Shown here piece after piece: positions 1-12,300 of a stretch of DNA of 56,804 bases; within the stretch, counting starts at the first letter, position 1, and every line of letters starts with the position of its first letter. The stretch is taken from the NCBI GenBank assembly GCA_002633005.1, contig NMRA01000077.1, forward strand, positions 1,021,193 to 1,077,996. Direction: 5' to 3'. The notes under the pieces were generated by a model. That model saw only the letters and a list, made by a program, of their open reading frames with translations, did not search any database and was not told where the DNA came from. The stretch comes from Phoronis australis (Eukaryota > Animalia > Phoronida). Both the position numbers and the translations under genes were made by a program.

Positions 1-179
1 AAACAGATACATTGCATAAACAAACCCTGGATCATGTTTTGTGTCCCGTCGGAAGAAAATTTAAATTCGAAAACATCTTCTGAAAACGCACAAAAAAGTG
101 TATTAGTAAAATCTACTGATTTTTAAGTGGTTTTAAAAAACAATCGGTAAACTCACCGATTTTTGTCTCATTACTTTGA

Positions 180-315
180 TACGTGTTTCTCCCGAGAGGT
201 TAGTACCTAACGTGAAGACGAGCACTCCAAATTGGAACGCTAAGTCCCGCGTGGTTGCGCTGCACGCGAAACAAGATGGCGGACGAACTTTGGAGCCTGA
301 CGAAAATAGGTAACC
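180..315 (+). promoter_or_regulatory. CpG-rich candidate promoter/first exon with YY1-type motif and splice donor
   Basis: TCTCCCGAGA 188-197, CAAGATGGCGG 272-282, AG|GTAACC donor at 310; CpG density above background. Confidence 0.3.
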
Positions 316-324
316 GGACGATAC

Positions 325-1260
325 AGTGTCCTGCTCCACCGAGTTCGCAACAAATTCGCGGTCAAAGCACAAAAATCTTCTCAAAAAGTCGCTGCGTACT
401 AGCAATATGCTTCATGCGGTGAAGGTCAAGTAGGGTATAGAATAATCCGATGAGTTACGAGTCAACGGCATTTGCCGGTTCACCACAGAAGGTTACGAAA
501 TGGTCTTGGTAAGTGTGGAGGTATTGATGTCATGACCATCCGTGACAAACCAGTAATTTCTGTGTAGCATATTTGTGGTACGCAACGACATTTTGGGAAA
601 ATTTTTGTGCTTTGACCGCGAATTTGTTGTGTGTAATAGTATTGTGATTTGTACTGGAACTACACTTACCTTATATGGCACAATTAGTTAGAATGGTTTA
701 TTATATAAGTCTTGCCAAACAATTCTATGAAATGTGACTCATATGCATGTGGTCTTGTGTATTGCAAAAACATGTTGTTGAACAATAGTTAGTCAGTCCG
801 CAATAAAGTAGTGTTCTAGTAAAGACGTCTTCTTCACTCCTCTCTCCACAAGCCATTACATTGTGAACTCAGTGGAGCTGGACACTGTAAATGGTATTAG
901 GAGAAAGAAAAATTCCTCATGGTTTGTTGAACCTCTGTTTTTTGAAAATTTATTCAGTTTTGTGTTTGCTATGGACAGCTGAAGTGAAGCACCCGTGGAA
1001 TTTCTAGTCTGGAGTGTCATACCTTGTAGTATATGTATATAGTTTATTGGGGACGATCAGAAGCTGAAAACGCCTGCGACCAAAAGCCGCTGCGTACTGT
1101 CAATGTGCCAAATGCAAATTACCAATTTATCACGGAAGGTCACGACATCAATAACTCCACATTTATTTATAACCTTCCACGATAAACCGGCAATTGCCGT
1201 CAATCCGTAACTCATCGAATAATGCCGTACTGGCACATTGACATGCGACTTTCCTACAAC
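325..1260. mobile_element. Modular inverted-repeat (foldback-like) dispersed repeat; related copy at ~30240-30690
   Basis: 345-400 recurs inverted at 578-630; 325-350 inverted at 861-885; 430-560 inverted at ~1115-1230; 890-1075 is the reverse complement of ~30255-30455. Confidence 0.65.
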
Positions 1261-1667
1261 CATTTTATTTTGATGAGCTTTCTATCATTCATCAAGTTTC
1301 AACGGTAGACTGCAACTGGAGCTTGGGAGTTCACTTGCTCTATGAGGTTGGAGCATGTGAGCAGACCAAGAAAGTTAACCTGGTCTGGTGGCTTTCTTGG
1401 TCTACAACACCAAGGTCTTTACTTAGCAAACGCACCTTTAATCAACCCTCGAAGATACACTATAATAAAGAAAAAGGTATACAACTGCTATTTAATATGG
1501 TTGCCTGCCAGGCACTTCCAGAATAACTAAAAGCATGTCAAATCTGTGACTAATATAAGTCACATTTTATCTGCGACTGCTGGACATTCAATAGTTACAT
1601 TTGTTGACATCGAAACCAATAAATACCATAAATACCAGATTTTTCTAATCTAATTGGCAACATTCAC

Positions 1668-1841
1668 GGCAAAATGTAGTGATTGAAATGATCCATTGGC
1701 ATCAACTAATGCGCATGCTCATAAGGCAAAATGTAGTGATTGAAATGATCCATTAGCATCAACTAATGCGCATGCTCATAAGGCAAAATGTAGTGATTGA
1801 AATGATCCATTGGCATCAACTAATGCGCATGCTCATAAGGC
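1668..1841. repeat. Tandem repeat, 57 bp x3
   Basis: Unit ggcaaaatgtagtgattgaaatgatccattggcatcaactaatgcgcatgctcataa starting 1668, 1725, 1782. Confidence 0.95.
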
Positions 1842-3319
1842 CGCTGACAACATCACCAGAACACTTACATCAACTAAAAACAAAGCAACTTAATTTTTGA
1901 TTACTCGTTTAGTTCAGTTTCTATGCCAAATTAAGTCACAAAACATAATGTGTTTTGGAAAAAAATAGCAGTCGCATTTGTCTATCTTAGAGTATGCAAA
2001 AACTTTGTGTTTAAAAGAAAAATCCTAAAAAAGTTCTTGAGATTAATGAATAAACATTAAAATTGTTAACATCTTAGAAATTCACCAAGCCGTTTTTGAG
2101 AAGTCGTGTTCCTAAGTTAAAATTAAGTCGATTTACCGAAGCCGAGAGAAAGTGGAAAACATGAGTTTTCAAAGTCTGACAATTATGGCTAAATTATACG
2201 GTCAAAACTTGTTTTTATTGATGTAACCTATACTTGTCTTAAAAAGTCCTGAAAGGTGATAAACAGATTAAATTGCAATATTGAATTTGTTCTCTGCACT
2301 GAAACAAGCTGTTCACCAGGTATTTTTACAGTTTGTTTGTTAAGATTTTTAATTTCTGTTCTTATCAAAGCATTTTCTTTTAGTTTCAAATTTCGAAAAA
2401 CGATCTATCAGGTACTTGCCTCTTTGTTGTTTTTTTTTCCATGAGGCAAAGCACGTCCTTTATTTCGTATGGAAAGACATAGACGTGGTACATTTCCCTT
2501 GTATCCTTGTATGGAAAAGATGACCTTTTACCTCAGGTGACTTCACGGAAGTGAATGTGAGGGCATGCATGGATTTATCCAAAGTGGGAGGGAAATTAAA
2601 AACTCTGTGGTAACTACAGAATTTTTCCTTCGCGAGTATTTCAAAAATCGTGAGTTTTGGGATTTTTTCTGGAAATTCCCTCACAGGGAAATGGGAATTA
2701 CTCTGTACTAGATTTTGAGAGATGGTAAACTTTCATCTGGAATTTTTTAAAAAGATATTTTTGACGAGCTTTCATATTCCGTGGCTCTTTAACCATGTTT
2801 GCTATTTCAACATTCATTCACAAAATGTCAGCTGAATTTGCACTGTGTAATTAACTTAATTATCACTAAAACGTTTTAATTTTTTGAATATGCCCGGAGT
2901 CCAATTAGGTCAAGGCGGCGGTAAGTAGGTCAACAGCTCATTGTGATACACACCACACGCCGGGGAGACTGACATGAAACCATGTACAAAGTAAACAGAA
3001 ATTGAGTTGGTGGTTAAAGTATGTCATGAGCACGAGGTAGAAACAGTGAAATGTGAAATTACAGATCAAATTGGGGGAATTTGGGTGAGGATTTATCTCT
3101 TTTCACAACTTGCTGTGATTGTGAACACGAAGTCACAGAGGTGGTGAGGTGACTCGGACTCGGTGCATTTGTTCTCAATGGTCATGTGCTTGCAGATGTA
3201 CAACTCCGTCAGGATAAAAACTATGTTTTGTCTTCGTTTTCCGCAGCATCTTTTTATCCTACCTATACCTCACTGACTCAATATTATGGCTACTTGATGA
3301 ATGAAAGGTCTTATGGTAC

Positions 3320-3533
3320 ATACGGAACTGATCTATGCCTGGCGGGAGATTCAATTTGAGTGACAGTCCTGTAACCCTTGACCTCGGATAAGTAGTAAAC
3401 AAATTTCTTACTGCACAGTATATATTTCATGCTTGAAGTTACCCAATAATGAAGATAAAGTATTTTGCTAGACATGTGAAATATTGTAAAAACAGCCAAT
3501 TTTTGTGAATAAGGTTAGAGATATCCTTAATAA
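3320..3533 (+). mobile_element. Right end of a TTAA-flanked DNA transposon relic; second copy ~54148-54392
   Basis: Shared ggaactg.tctatgcctgg.gggagattc.atttgagtg...gtaaaaac.gccaat...gagata.ccTTAA at both loci. Confidence 0.7.
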
Positions 3534-4119
3534 ACTAATCGATGCTGCTAATTGAATTTGTGGAACAATCATGTCAACTTTTAGTGCCACTGATTCTTCA
3601 ATCAACAAAATTGTGCAAAGTTCACAACAAATTATCAAAATTAACAAAGTAGTGTGACTTCACAGTTTTTAATACTTTATTACCAGCGAACCGAAATTAT
3701 GAGCAAATTTTCTTTCGGTGACCAACTCCCATGACAGGCATATCATAATCAATGTCAATAGTGATGTGGTTTGGCTCTTTAGAGGAACGTTGGTGTGTGA
3801 ACAGTCTGGCCAGCTTGTAAATGGTTTGCAAATAACAATATTGTTGTGATGTAGCCTGTCTGCGCATTTGGCAGATTCATTACAAGCATAAAATATCAGT
3901 GAAGAATAGTCTTTAAATAAAAAAATCCCCCCACAATTATTTTTTTCTTATATTGGTTTAACGAGTTCCTCGTATTATAAGTCCTGTCCTTGCCTTGAAA
4001 CCTCAAGTCATACTACATGTCGCCTAGGGTGATTTTGTTCATGTTGGGTTACGTTCATACGTTAATTAGTGGGAGATAAGTATAATATTAACCCCTCATT
4101 TCAGATGTCACGTACATCG

Positions 4120-4620
4120 ATTTTCCATTAGCGGCGAAACTTTGCTTTTACTGAAGTTTCGGTAAGTGGAATGGTTAACTCCAGTGGTTAATCTGTAAAC
4201 GAAACTTCACTGAAAAATTATAGGATTTAAAAGCGAAGCTTCGGTACTCACTGAAACTTCGGTGTAGTGGGAAAGGTCAGAGCGAAACTTCGCTGAAATT
4301 ATCAGTAGGGGTCGCGGCAATGATATACGATCACGCGAGACTTGCAAAATGTGTTCTTTGTTATTGTAGCGTAGCCGACATGCTCTCTATAGACACGTAA
4401 ATAAAAGCATATCTGGTGAAGAATGACATTATTTATTTTCCTAAATAGCAAGAGAACAATTTTCAGTTAGCCTCGAACCCACTACTCAATAAGACTATGA
4501 ATGAACTGTGTCGTCTGGTATTTTAGCAATAACTTCGATATCGCTGTCTCGCCGGAAAGGTAAGCAAAGTTTCGGCAGATCTTCGGTAAACTGAAGTTTC
4601 CCTATAGGAAAGCGACCTTA
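4120..4620. mobile_element. MITE-like element rich in GAAACTTC/GAAGTTTC motifs in both orientations
   Basis: About ten copies of (c/t)gaaacttc or its complement clustered towards both ends; imperfect inverted termini. Confidence 0.5.
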
Positions 4621-5304
4621 AACAAATGAAAAAACAAGTATATTTCACATACACATATTGCAAGCGTAATGTTTTGGAATCAACTCCTAGCTTCTTATAA
4701 TAAAGGTGGGATAGTGACGCAAGTAAATGAGATTTTTAGATTATTCTTTTATGCAGCCGTAAAACTTTTGATACATTTTGTTGCAAGTTAGATGGTGGAA
4801 GGACTGCAAATGGAGTTGTGGTAAATGGGTAATGTGAGCTTCCTTTAAGTTGCCCAACTTAACTAATGTCGATATATCTAGCTGTGTTTTGACATTAATT
4901 CATAGCAGCCAGCTCTGGCTAAAGTAAGGCTAAACTGAGGCTGCAGAACAAATCAGATTTTAAGGTTAGCAGTCAAGTTGTCCAAACTCAATCAGTGAGG
5001 GTGTCGGCGAAGGATTCTTTTCATTTCTGTGAAGTGTGGTGGATAACTGGCATGTGCATCAATGTGTGAAGCTGTACAAAGGACTACTGGGAATGGCTAC
5101 AATAGACCAGAGTGATATAGATTTGCATTTGAATACTGTTCTCTGTCTAGAGTTAAAACTGACCTTTATTTTGAGAAATAGCCTCTTAGTATGTTTTTGG
5201 CCAGTTCTTGACAAATTTATTTTTTACCATATAGGTTACCAGTATGTGTAAAGATGATTGAGCAATTCTACAAATCATTGACTCGGTATACTTTGAATCG
5301 GAAT

Positions 5305-5365
5305 CTGCTGTATTATAGTTTACCTGCTGTATTATAGTTTACCTGCTGTATTAAAGTTTACCTGC
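5305..5365. repeat. Minisatellite, 19 bp x3
   Basis: ctgctgtattatagtttac. Confidence 0.9.
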
Positions 5366-5564
5366 CCATTAGCGTTTAGTTCAGTTGGAAAACATTCTGT
5401 GATTGCAGTGGCAAGAAGTTGTTGATTGATGCAGTGGATACCATTTTTGGAACTGGTTAATTTAGCAGGCAGCATTCAGAAAATACTAAATATAAAGTGT
5501 CTATAATTTCGGAATCTGTTTGTGAACAGCTAGAAACTGAATCTGCAATTAATGATTTATTTGT

Positions 5565-5723
5565 TTTATCTATAATCATGTTATTTATCTATAATCATGT
5601 TATTTATCTATAATCATGTTATTTATCTATAATCATGTTATTTATCTATAATCATGTTATTTATCTATAATCATGTTATTTATCTATAATCATGTTATTT
5701 ATCTATAATCATGTTATTTATCT
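5565..5723. repeat. Minisatellite, 19 bp x8.4, abutting the exon 1 acceptor
   Basis: Perfect tttatctataatcatgtta units ending just before tgcAG at 5724-28. Confidence 0.97.
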
Positions 5724-5752
5724 TGCAGAAGTAACGTGTATCAAGCAGAATA

Positions 5753-6302
5753 ATGGCAGATGATGGTAGCAGTGACAGCGCTGCCTTACGACTCACTGCC
5801 AACTATCTGGAACATTTTGAGCGCTATGAGTGTCAAGAACTGTTAGCGTACACGTCGACTCACTGGTTACTTTCTCATGAATTTGTCACAAAATTTTCTC
5901 CTGACCAGCCATTAGGGTTGGTGTCACAGCTGGCAAACTTCAACGAAACCCCCTGCTTGTTTTTGATCCCAGAAGAAGAGAATGTGTCACAGCTGGATTT
6001 TAGGGAGTTGCATCAAATCGTTCGTGAATTGACAATAGGGATATTTGCTTTGCATCAAGTTCCGACACTTTCGTTAGAGGCGAACTCTGACCAAAGCACA
6101 GTCTGTCAGTTGCCACCAGCGTATCATGATACGCGTGTGGGACAGATCATGATTAGCATAGACTACATGATGAAGTCACTTTGGCATGGGGCCTATTTAC
6201 CAAAAGACAAACGAGCAAAATTCTCTGAGCGATGGAGTCGCATGAAAACGGAAGACAAGGAAGACTCAAAGACCCCCATGCTGGCACAATTCATTGCTTC
6301 AG
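5753..6302 (+). CDS. ANKAR: ANKAR coding exon 1 (exon starts 5729; MADDGSS...QFIAS)
   Basis: Acceptor ttgcAG 5727-28; in-frame TAA at 5732-34 precedes ATG 5753 in good context (ATAATGG); donor G|GTTTGT at 6303, phase 1. Confidence 0.92.
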
Positions 6303-9300
6303 GTTTGTACACGACTGGTAATCTCTGATAACATGTTTAACTTAAATTGTTCCATGAAATTCACAGTTTATTGCCATTGCAAAACAGGATCGCTGATTGC
6401 CAAATATTTGTTCGTGAGAAATTGACTGTGTTGAGTGGTGCAATAATTTATTTTATAATTGCTTGAATACTGCCTAGTGCTTTTGTCTGAGGGTCTGTGG
6501 ACAAATATTTTGGTTTTGATCATAATAGCTGTTACTTGAGTGAGTGTCACTGATTTCCAGGAACCAATGTTGGGTTGTCAATAGTTTTAGTCATGTTCAC
6601 TTAAGTTGGAAGTTGGGTACTAGTAGTCAGCTGTCCAGTTTTGACATAAACAGTTTGTAATATTTTTTGGTTTTTAATTGGTGTAATGAAATTCGTAATT
6701 AAAATTTGTCTGTTGTATTTTATATGATTCTTTGTTTACACGCTACAGGTCTCTTTTCATATTCGTTCAACATCGAATTTACACAACATATGTCTCGTCA
6801 TTGCTTTGAAGTATATTGTTTTTGTTTGAAATGAGATTCAAGATGGTGCTGTGGTGGCCATTTTTATGCACCCATATTTATATGTGGTTGCATGTGGCTT
6901 CCGGCGTTCGCGGCTTTATCTTCTTAACCCCTTGAGGGAAGTTAATGCAATTCGGCAGATGTGTTCCTTTAGGGTTAACTACAGAGGACGATGAGTTTCG
7001 GACCAACCCGAATACCACTGTGCCCCATAGTGGCAATTTTAGTTTTTTACGTTTGCCTCAATCTGTATCTTCAAAGGTCCCCAACCGATTTTCCTGAAAT
7101 TTGGCACAGAGGCATCTATGAATGAGATGAACCGATCCTTCTGTCTTCAGATGGAGATTGGCCATTTTTACTGTTTTTGAGTCTCTATCAACCAAACTAC
7201 TCGAAGAATGATTGTGAAAATTGGCATGTATGTTACTATGAAGAGGACAGATGATGATGTTCTTTTGACGACTTTGACTACTGTGGTGCCTCCTAGTGGT
7301 ATTTTTTTGCCCCCGTGACTGTATCTCCCAGAACCTCTGCACTCTGCAGGATCTTTACAAAATTTAGCAAGTGTATTTTATATGAAGTTTATAACAGACG
7401 ATGACTTTCGGACGGATCTGACTATTGGTGTGCCCCCTAGTGGGAATTTTTGTTTTTTACGTTTACCTCTATGTCTTCAACAGATTTTCATAAAATTCGG
7501 AATATATTTATAGTGACATCTCTTGGTGAGATGTCACTATCCTCCTGTTTTCGGATGGAATTAAGTTATTTTGCACCACCATTTTTGCTGTTCTCGTCAG
7601 TCTGCCTACATATTCTTAGTGTGAAGAGATTGGTTGACGATGATTTTCTGACAACTTTGACTGCTGTGATGCCTCCTATTGGCAGTTTATTTTTTGCGCT
7701 CATAGCTGTGTTTGCTCAACGTAATGCAGGATCTTTATTAAATCTAGCAAGCGTATTTGTATGAAGTTGGCAATGGACGAGTACGACTTTCAGACCAATC
7801 GCTGCCTCCTAGTGGCTGTGCCTTCTTTGATTCTATGAAGTTCCTTGACAGATTTTTATGAAAGTTGGTAAATAGCTTTCTGTTAAAGAAACGATGGCAT
7901 GTTCCCGTTTTTGGATGGATTTGATTTATTTTGCACCATCTAGTGCCATTTTTATAATACAAATATACACCCCCAGAAACACACCGTTAGCGATGCATTC
8001 ATGGGAGCATTTTGACGCTCCACATTACTCTTGTTTCGGTTTGCAGAACCATAGCCCCACTGTTTCCGGTGTGGTTTTTATTATGTCTTCTGTGAATAGA
8101 TCAACTCGAGTGTTGTAGGAGTTGTCCAATTTCTTTTTATCTAGGACCGTTCTGGAGTTATTTGAGATTTTTTGGTGACTAGTTGATGGTTGAGTGGATG
8201 TTATGCCATATCTCTGCCACCACGTAATGAATCTTTCTAGAAATGGATACATCTCGCCAATTGCTTTCTTTATGTGCCATATATTTCTTGCCGTTCCCAA
8301 GATATTTGAGTTTTCCTTTTCAGATAACTGTTTCATTATTGATTTTTATAATTTCTTGCTGCACTTTGTTTTTTTTGCGTGCTAGAGTTCGCATTTTTGT
8401 GTAATTACATGTTATTGTTACATACAATGATTATGTAGTCAAGAACTCGGGGATTGTGGTTTGTGGGTGAAATTGGACTCAAGTTGGCGCAATGACAGCC
8501 ATTTTTCGTGTGTGGATCTTTATGTTTGTGGAGTCTCAAAGCTCTTGATCCATTGACCGAAACTTCTCAAAATTGGTATGTAAATTATAGATCTCCCAAG
8601 GGTTATCTGCATTGTGTTATTAGCTTCTTGACACAACTTATGATTGTCCCGTTATTTCAGATTTTTTCTGATTTGATGACTTTTATTGGCTTATTCATCA
8701 GTGCACTTTAATGGCTTATCATCTAACTATGTGTTGGTGTAATAGGCATTCAGATTCATGCTTGTTCATGTTGTTGGTTTCATCTTGAATCTCATCTTTA
8801 AAGTTTTATTCAATTTTGCCAAGTGTCGCTGTTCAGACCACTTTCATTGTGAATCGAGCACAATTGGTTTCTGAAAACAGGACTGAATTCCTTAATGCCA
8901 GTCATGCTCTAAATGAGAGCTAGTGAAATTGCATTATCTCTTCAAACTTGGAAGAAACTTCATGTTCTTTAATTCTCCCCAGGATATATCTGTCGTTGAC
9001 CTGAGGTAACCATTGCAATGTATTATCATGACAATGATTGCTAGTATTTGCTTTGGAGACCAAAAAAATTATAATGTATAGATATTCAATACTGTCTATC
9101 ACTACCGTAAACTCTTGGGTTAACGCCTATGCCTGGGTAATTTCCCATCCCTGATTTGTTAATTTTTGGTTTAAGCGCCCACTGCTAAGGTACCAGTAAT
9201 TGCCTATCCCCTACTTTGTGCAAATTTACATGTAAGCCTCCACTGATTTGGTAATCGCCCACCTCTCAGTCTCAGGGTTTCCCAATTTAAGCACCCAGGG

Positions 9301-12300
9301 CATTAACCCAGGAGTTTACAGTATTTAATGCTGCTATAAACCACATGTTCTAATGTTCAGAAGATTGTGCTCCTTTCTTTACTTGTGTATGTGTTCTCCA
9401 AGGCATATCACTGGGTTCATATCATTTGTTTGAATCTAAATTGGTTTCAATAAATCACCTGGAATTCTCCTGACTACCATTACACCGTGATCACTGATGT
9501 TAACCCACTGTATGTAATAACTTACCCTAATGTTAACCCAGTGTATGTATCAACTTATAGGTAGTGGCTACGATTATTGAACTTGATGTTAACCCACTGT
9601 ATGTAACAACTTATAGGTAGTGGCTACGATTATTGAACCTGACATATGCTACAGATTTGCCGCTAATCATTTACTTCCGGTCAAAGATGCTGGAAATAAT
9701 GGCAATTGTGCATCCGCACCTTGATTTCAACACGAAAACATTTTGTCCTCGAGATGGCACATTGTAGGACCAATTGCTCCACAAATTTTCAATGTTTTAG
9801 TTTCCTGTGACAAGCTATTATCGAGTTATGCATTACTAGAAGTTACTTTCAAGATGGCGGATCTGGCGCATTTTCACCCATTTTCAATTGTACTGGGGTG
9901 CCATTTTGAATGGGAAGAGAAAATTACTTGAATTTTTGCATGTGGATTCGCTGAGGTATAATACTCTTTCAATTGACCTGTATTTTTTTCTCAGACTTAC
10001 TGTTTTTGAGTTATTTGCCTTTCATTTTCAAAAAAATGCAAAATTTGAAATTTTTCGAAAAAAATATGAAATTTTGTAAAACTACAGGATTAGATATAGT
10101 TTTGAACGGGCTTTTAGAAGATGTTCTCCATTTTTCGCTACCCCCTGTATGCCCAGTCACTATGAGCTATTTTCAAATTTTTGTTCTGTACTGTGCATTG
10201 TTTTATATTTTGTAAGGACATGTAACTCAGGCCACCCAATCCTAGCCATATCCACCAATCAGTAATAATATAATTTCTGAGTAAATAAATTAAATGTATA
10301 AGAAAAATATGGCTGACAAGTGAATTTTTTTTCTCCACAAAAATAAAGATTAAAAACCTTTTATCCTATTACTACTGTGGTTTTGTTCTGTGCACATGTC
10401 ATAAACAACCTTTGATAAATTTTGGCAATTATTTTTGTGCAAAAGAAGTGGGGAATTGCTGTAAGATCATATTAACTATTAAGTGAGGAATTACCTTAAG
10501 GTCATTTTGTCTATTATTTTTCTGAATGGGTTAGATTCTACCTGAGATTGTCCATGTATTTGTTCAGATGTGTCACCTGTCATGGTGTTCATCTTTTTAA
10601 TGTATTGACATTTGGGTCACTGTACATGTGTTGTCCAATTTAGTAAATCAATATTCTTTGCATGTATAGTTATATCATCCATTATTGATCACATCCAGAA
10701 ATCAATATGCAGGAGCCAACTATTTTCACTGAAGTGATACATCATTCATTAAACCATGTTTTGAGCACGGAAAACGATTCTTTATTGTGCACAATTGTCA
10801 AATCAAGAATTTTTCAATGAGAACTGTTTTATTTATTATTTTTGTAGGGAACGGTATCTTTTTGAATCCAGTTTTGGTCAATTTGGCATATTTTACTTAG
10901 GGCCAAAGAAAATAGCATAATTGTTTCTGGTCTGCTTTTTGAAAATTGATGTGGTACAGTTTAAATTGTCAATATTTTAAAAAAGTTAAGTCACCTGTTT
11001 GGTTCCAGCTGAATTGAGTCAAATTCCAGCATCACCTGAAATGTGTATATCTCCTTATGTGCCATGGAGAACGTGCAGTTATCAGAACATGCAGTTATCA
11101 GAACAGAAATGGAGAGAACGGACTACTCATACTGACTGACATGCTTGGAACTTGTTCACTGCATCAGATTTCCAGTTTTAAAACTTCTTATTTTGATGCA
11201 TTTTATTTTTATAGAAAAGGTTTGAAATATACTTTGTATTAAGTAAAATATGCCCCTCGTGTTGGGGGCTTACGTCTTGAACGTGAATTATTTCAAATTT
11301 GTTTCAACAAGTACTTTTTTTTTAAGGTTTTGATCAGGCCACTGTTGAGATTAGTGTGTCATTTTAATGTTGTTTTCTTGTTGGCTTCTAGGGTTGTATG
11401 ACATTACAAAAGACCCGGATTTTGCCAACATTTACGACAAACTTCCCATCGACCAACCAGGTGATCCAGAAATGGCTGAAGAACGTCGCTTCTTCATGAG
11501 TCATGCAGACGACTTATCCATGCAGCTGGTGGCATTTCAAAAATCAGTCCAGCAATACAAAAACTTGTTTGTAGTTGATGCTGATTGGTCAGTGAGTAGT
11601 GTTGTGCATATAACAGAGGATCGCATCGACAACATTGGATACGAGAGACTCAACTCAAGGCTTCAGTTACACCAGGGTGTAATTCAGGAATCTTTGACAA
11701 ATAAAGAGGAAATTCGCAAACAGCTCAGTTTGCTCAAGTTCATCAGTTTCATGGTACCATTCTTGATGGGTCTAAAAAAGCGTATGAAGATTCCAGATCT
11801 TAACAAATTGTTGCCACCCATGACAGGTTAGAATTTGATTGCATGCATTCACTCATTAAAAACATCCTTCCTTTCATTTTTGCCTCATATGCTTGTACGG
11901 TGTATTAGTATGAGGTTTTATTGACTGAAAGATACTTTAAAGGAAAATGCCACCTGATTTAATTAGTCTTTTTTTGCCATCTTAATCGGTATAAATTGAT
12001 ACAAAATAGGTTGTGTTTTGGGTGGAATTCTCCTTTAAAGGTAGTTTATTTGTAAAGTTCAACCTATTGTGCATTATTTTTATGCCAGCTATCAAAACTT
12101 GAACCAGATTAAATTAATTAAAATTGATTTTGATGGTTTCAAGAATTAAACGAAGCAGAAATAGTCCCAGTGTTAGACGCAACATTTTGACTGCGCTATC
12201 ACCTGAAGAGTTATTTTGTATTTTGGTCATTTGCTTAACATTCATTTTGTTTTTCCAAAATTTGAAATTAAGTTAGCTTGTTTCTAAGCCAGATCGCTCT

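Noticed and set aside
8025-8336. 103-aa minus ORF, faintly like a Penelope GIY-YIG C-terminus
   Set aside because: No diagnostic residues recoverable by eye
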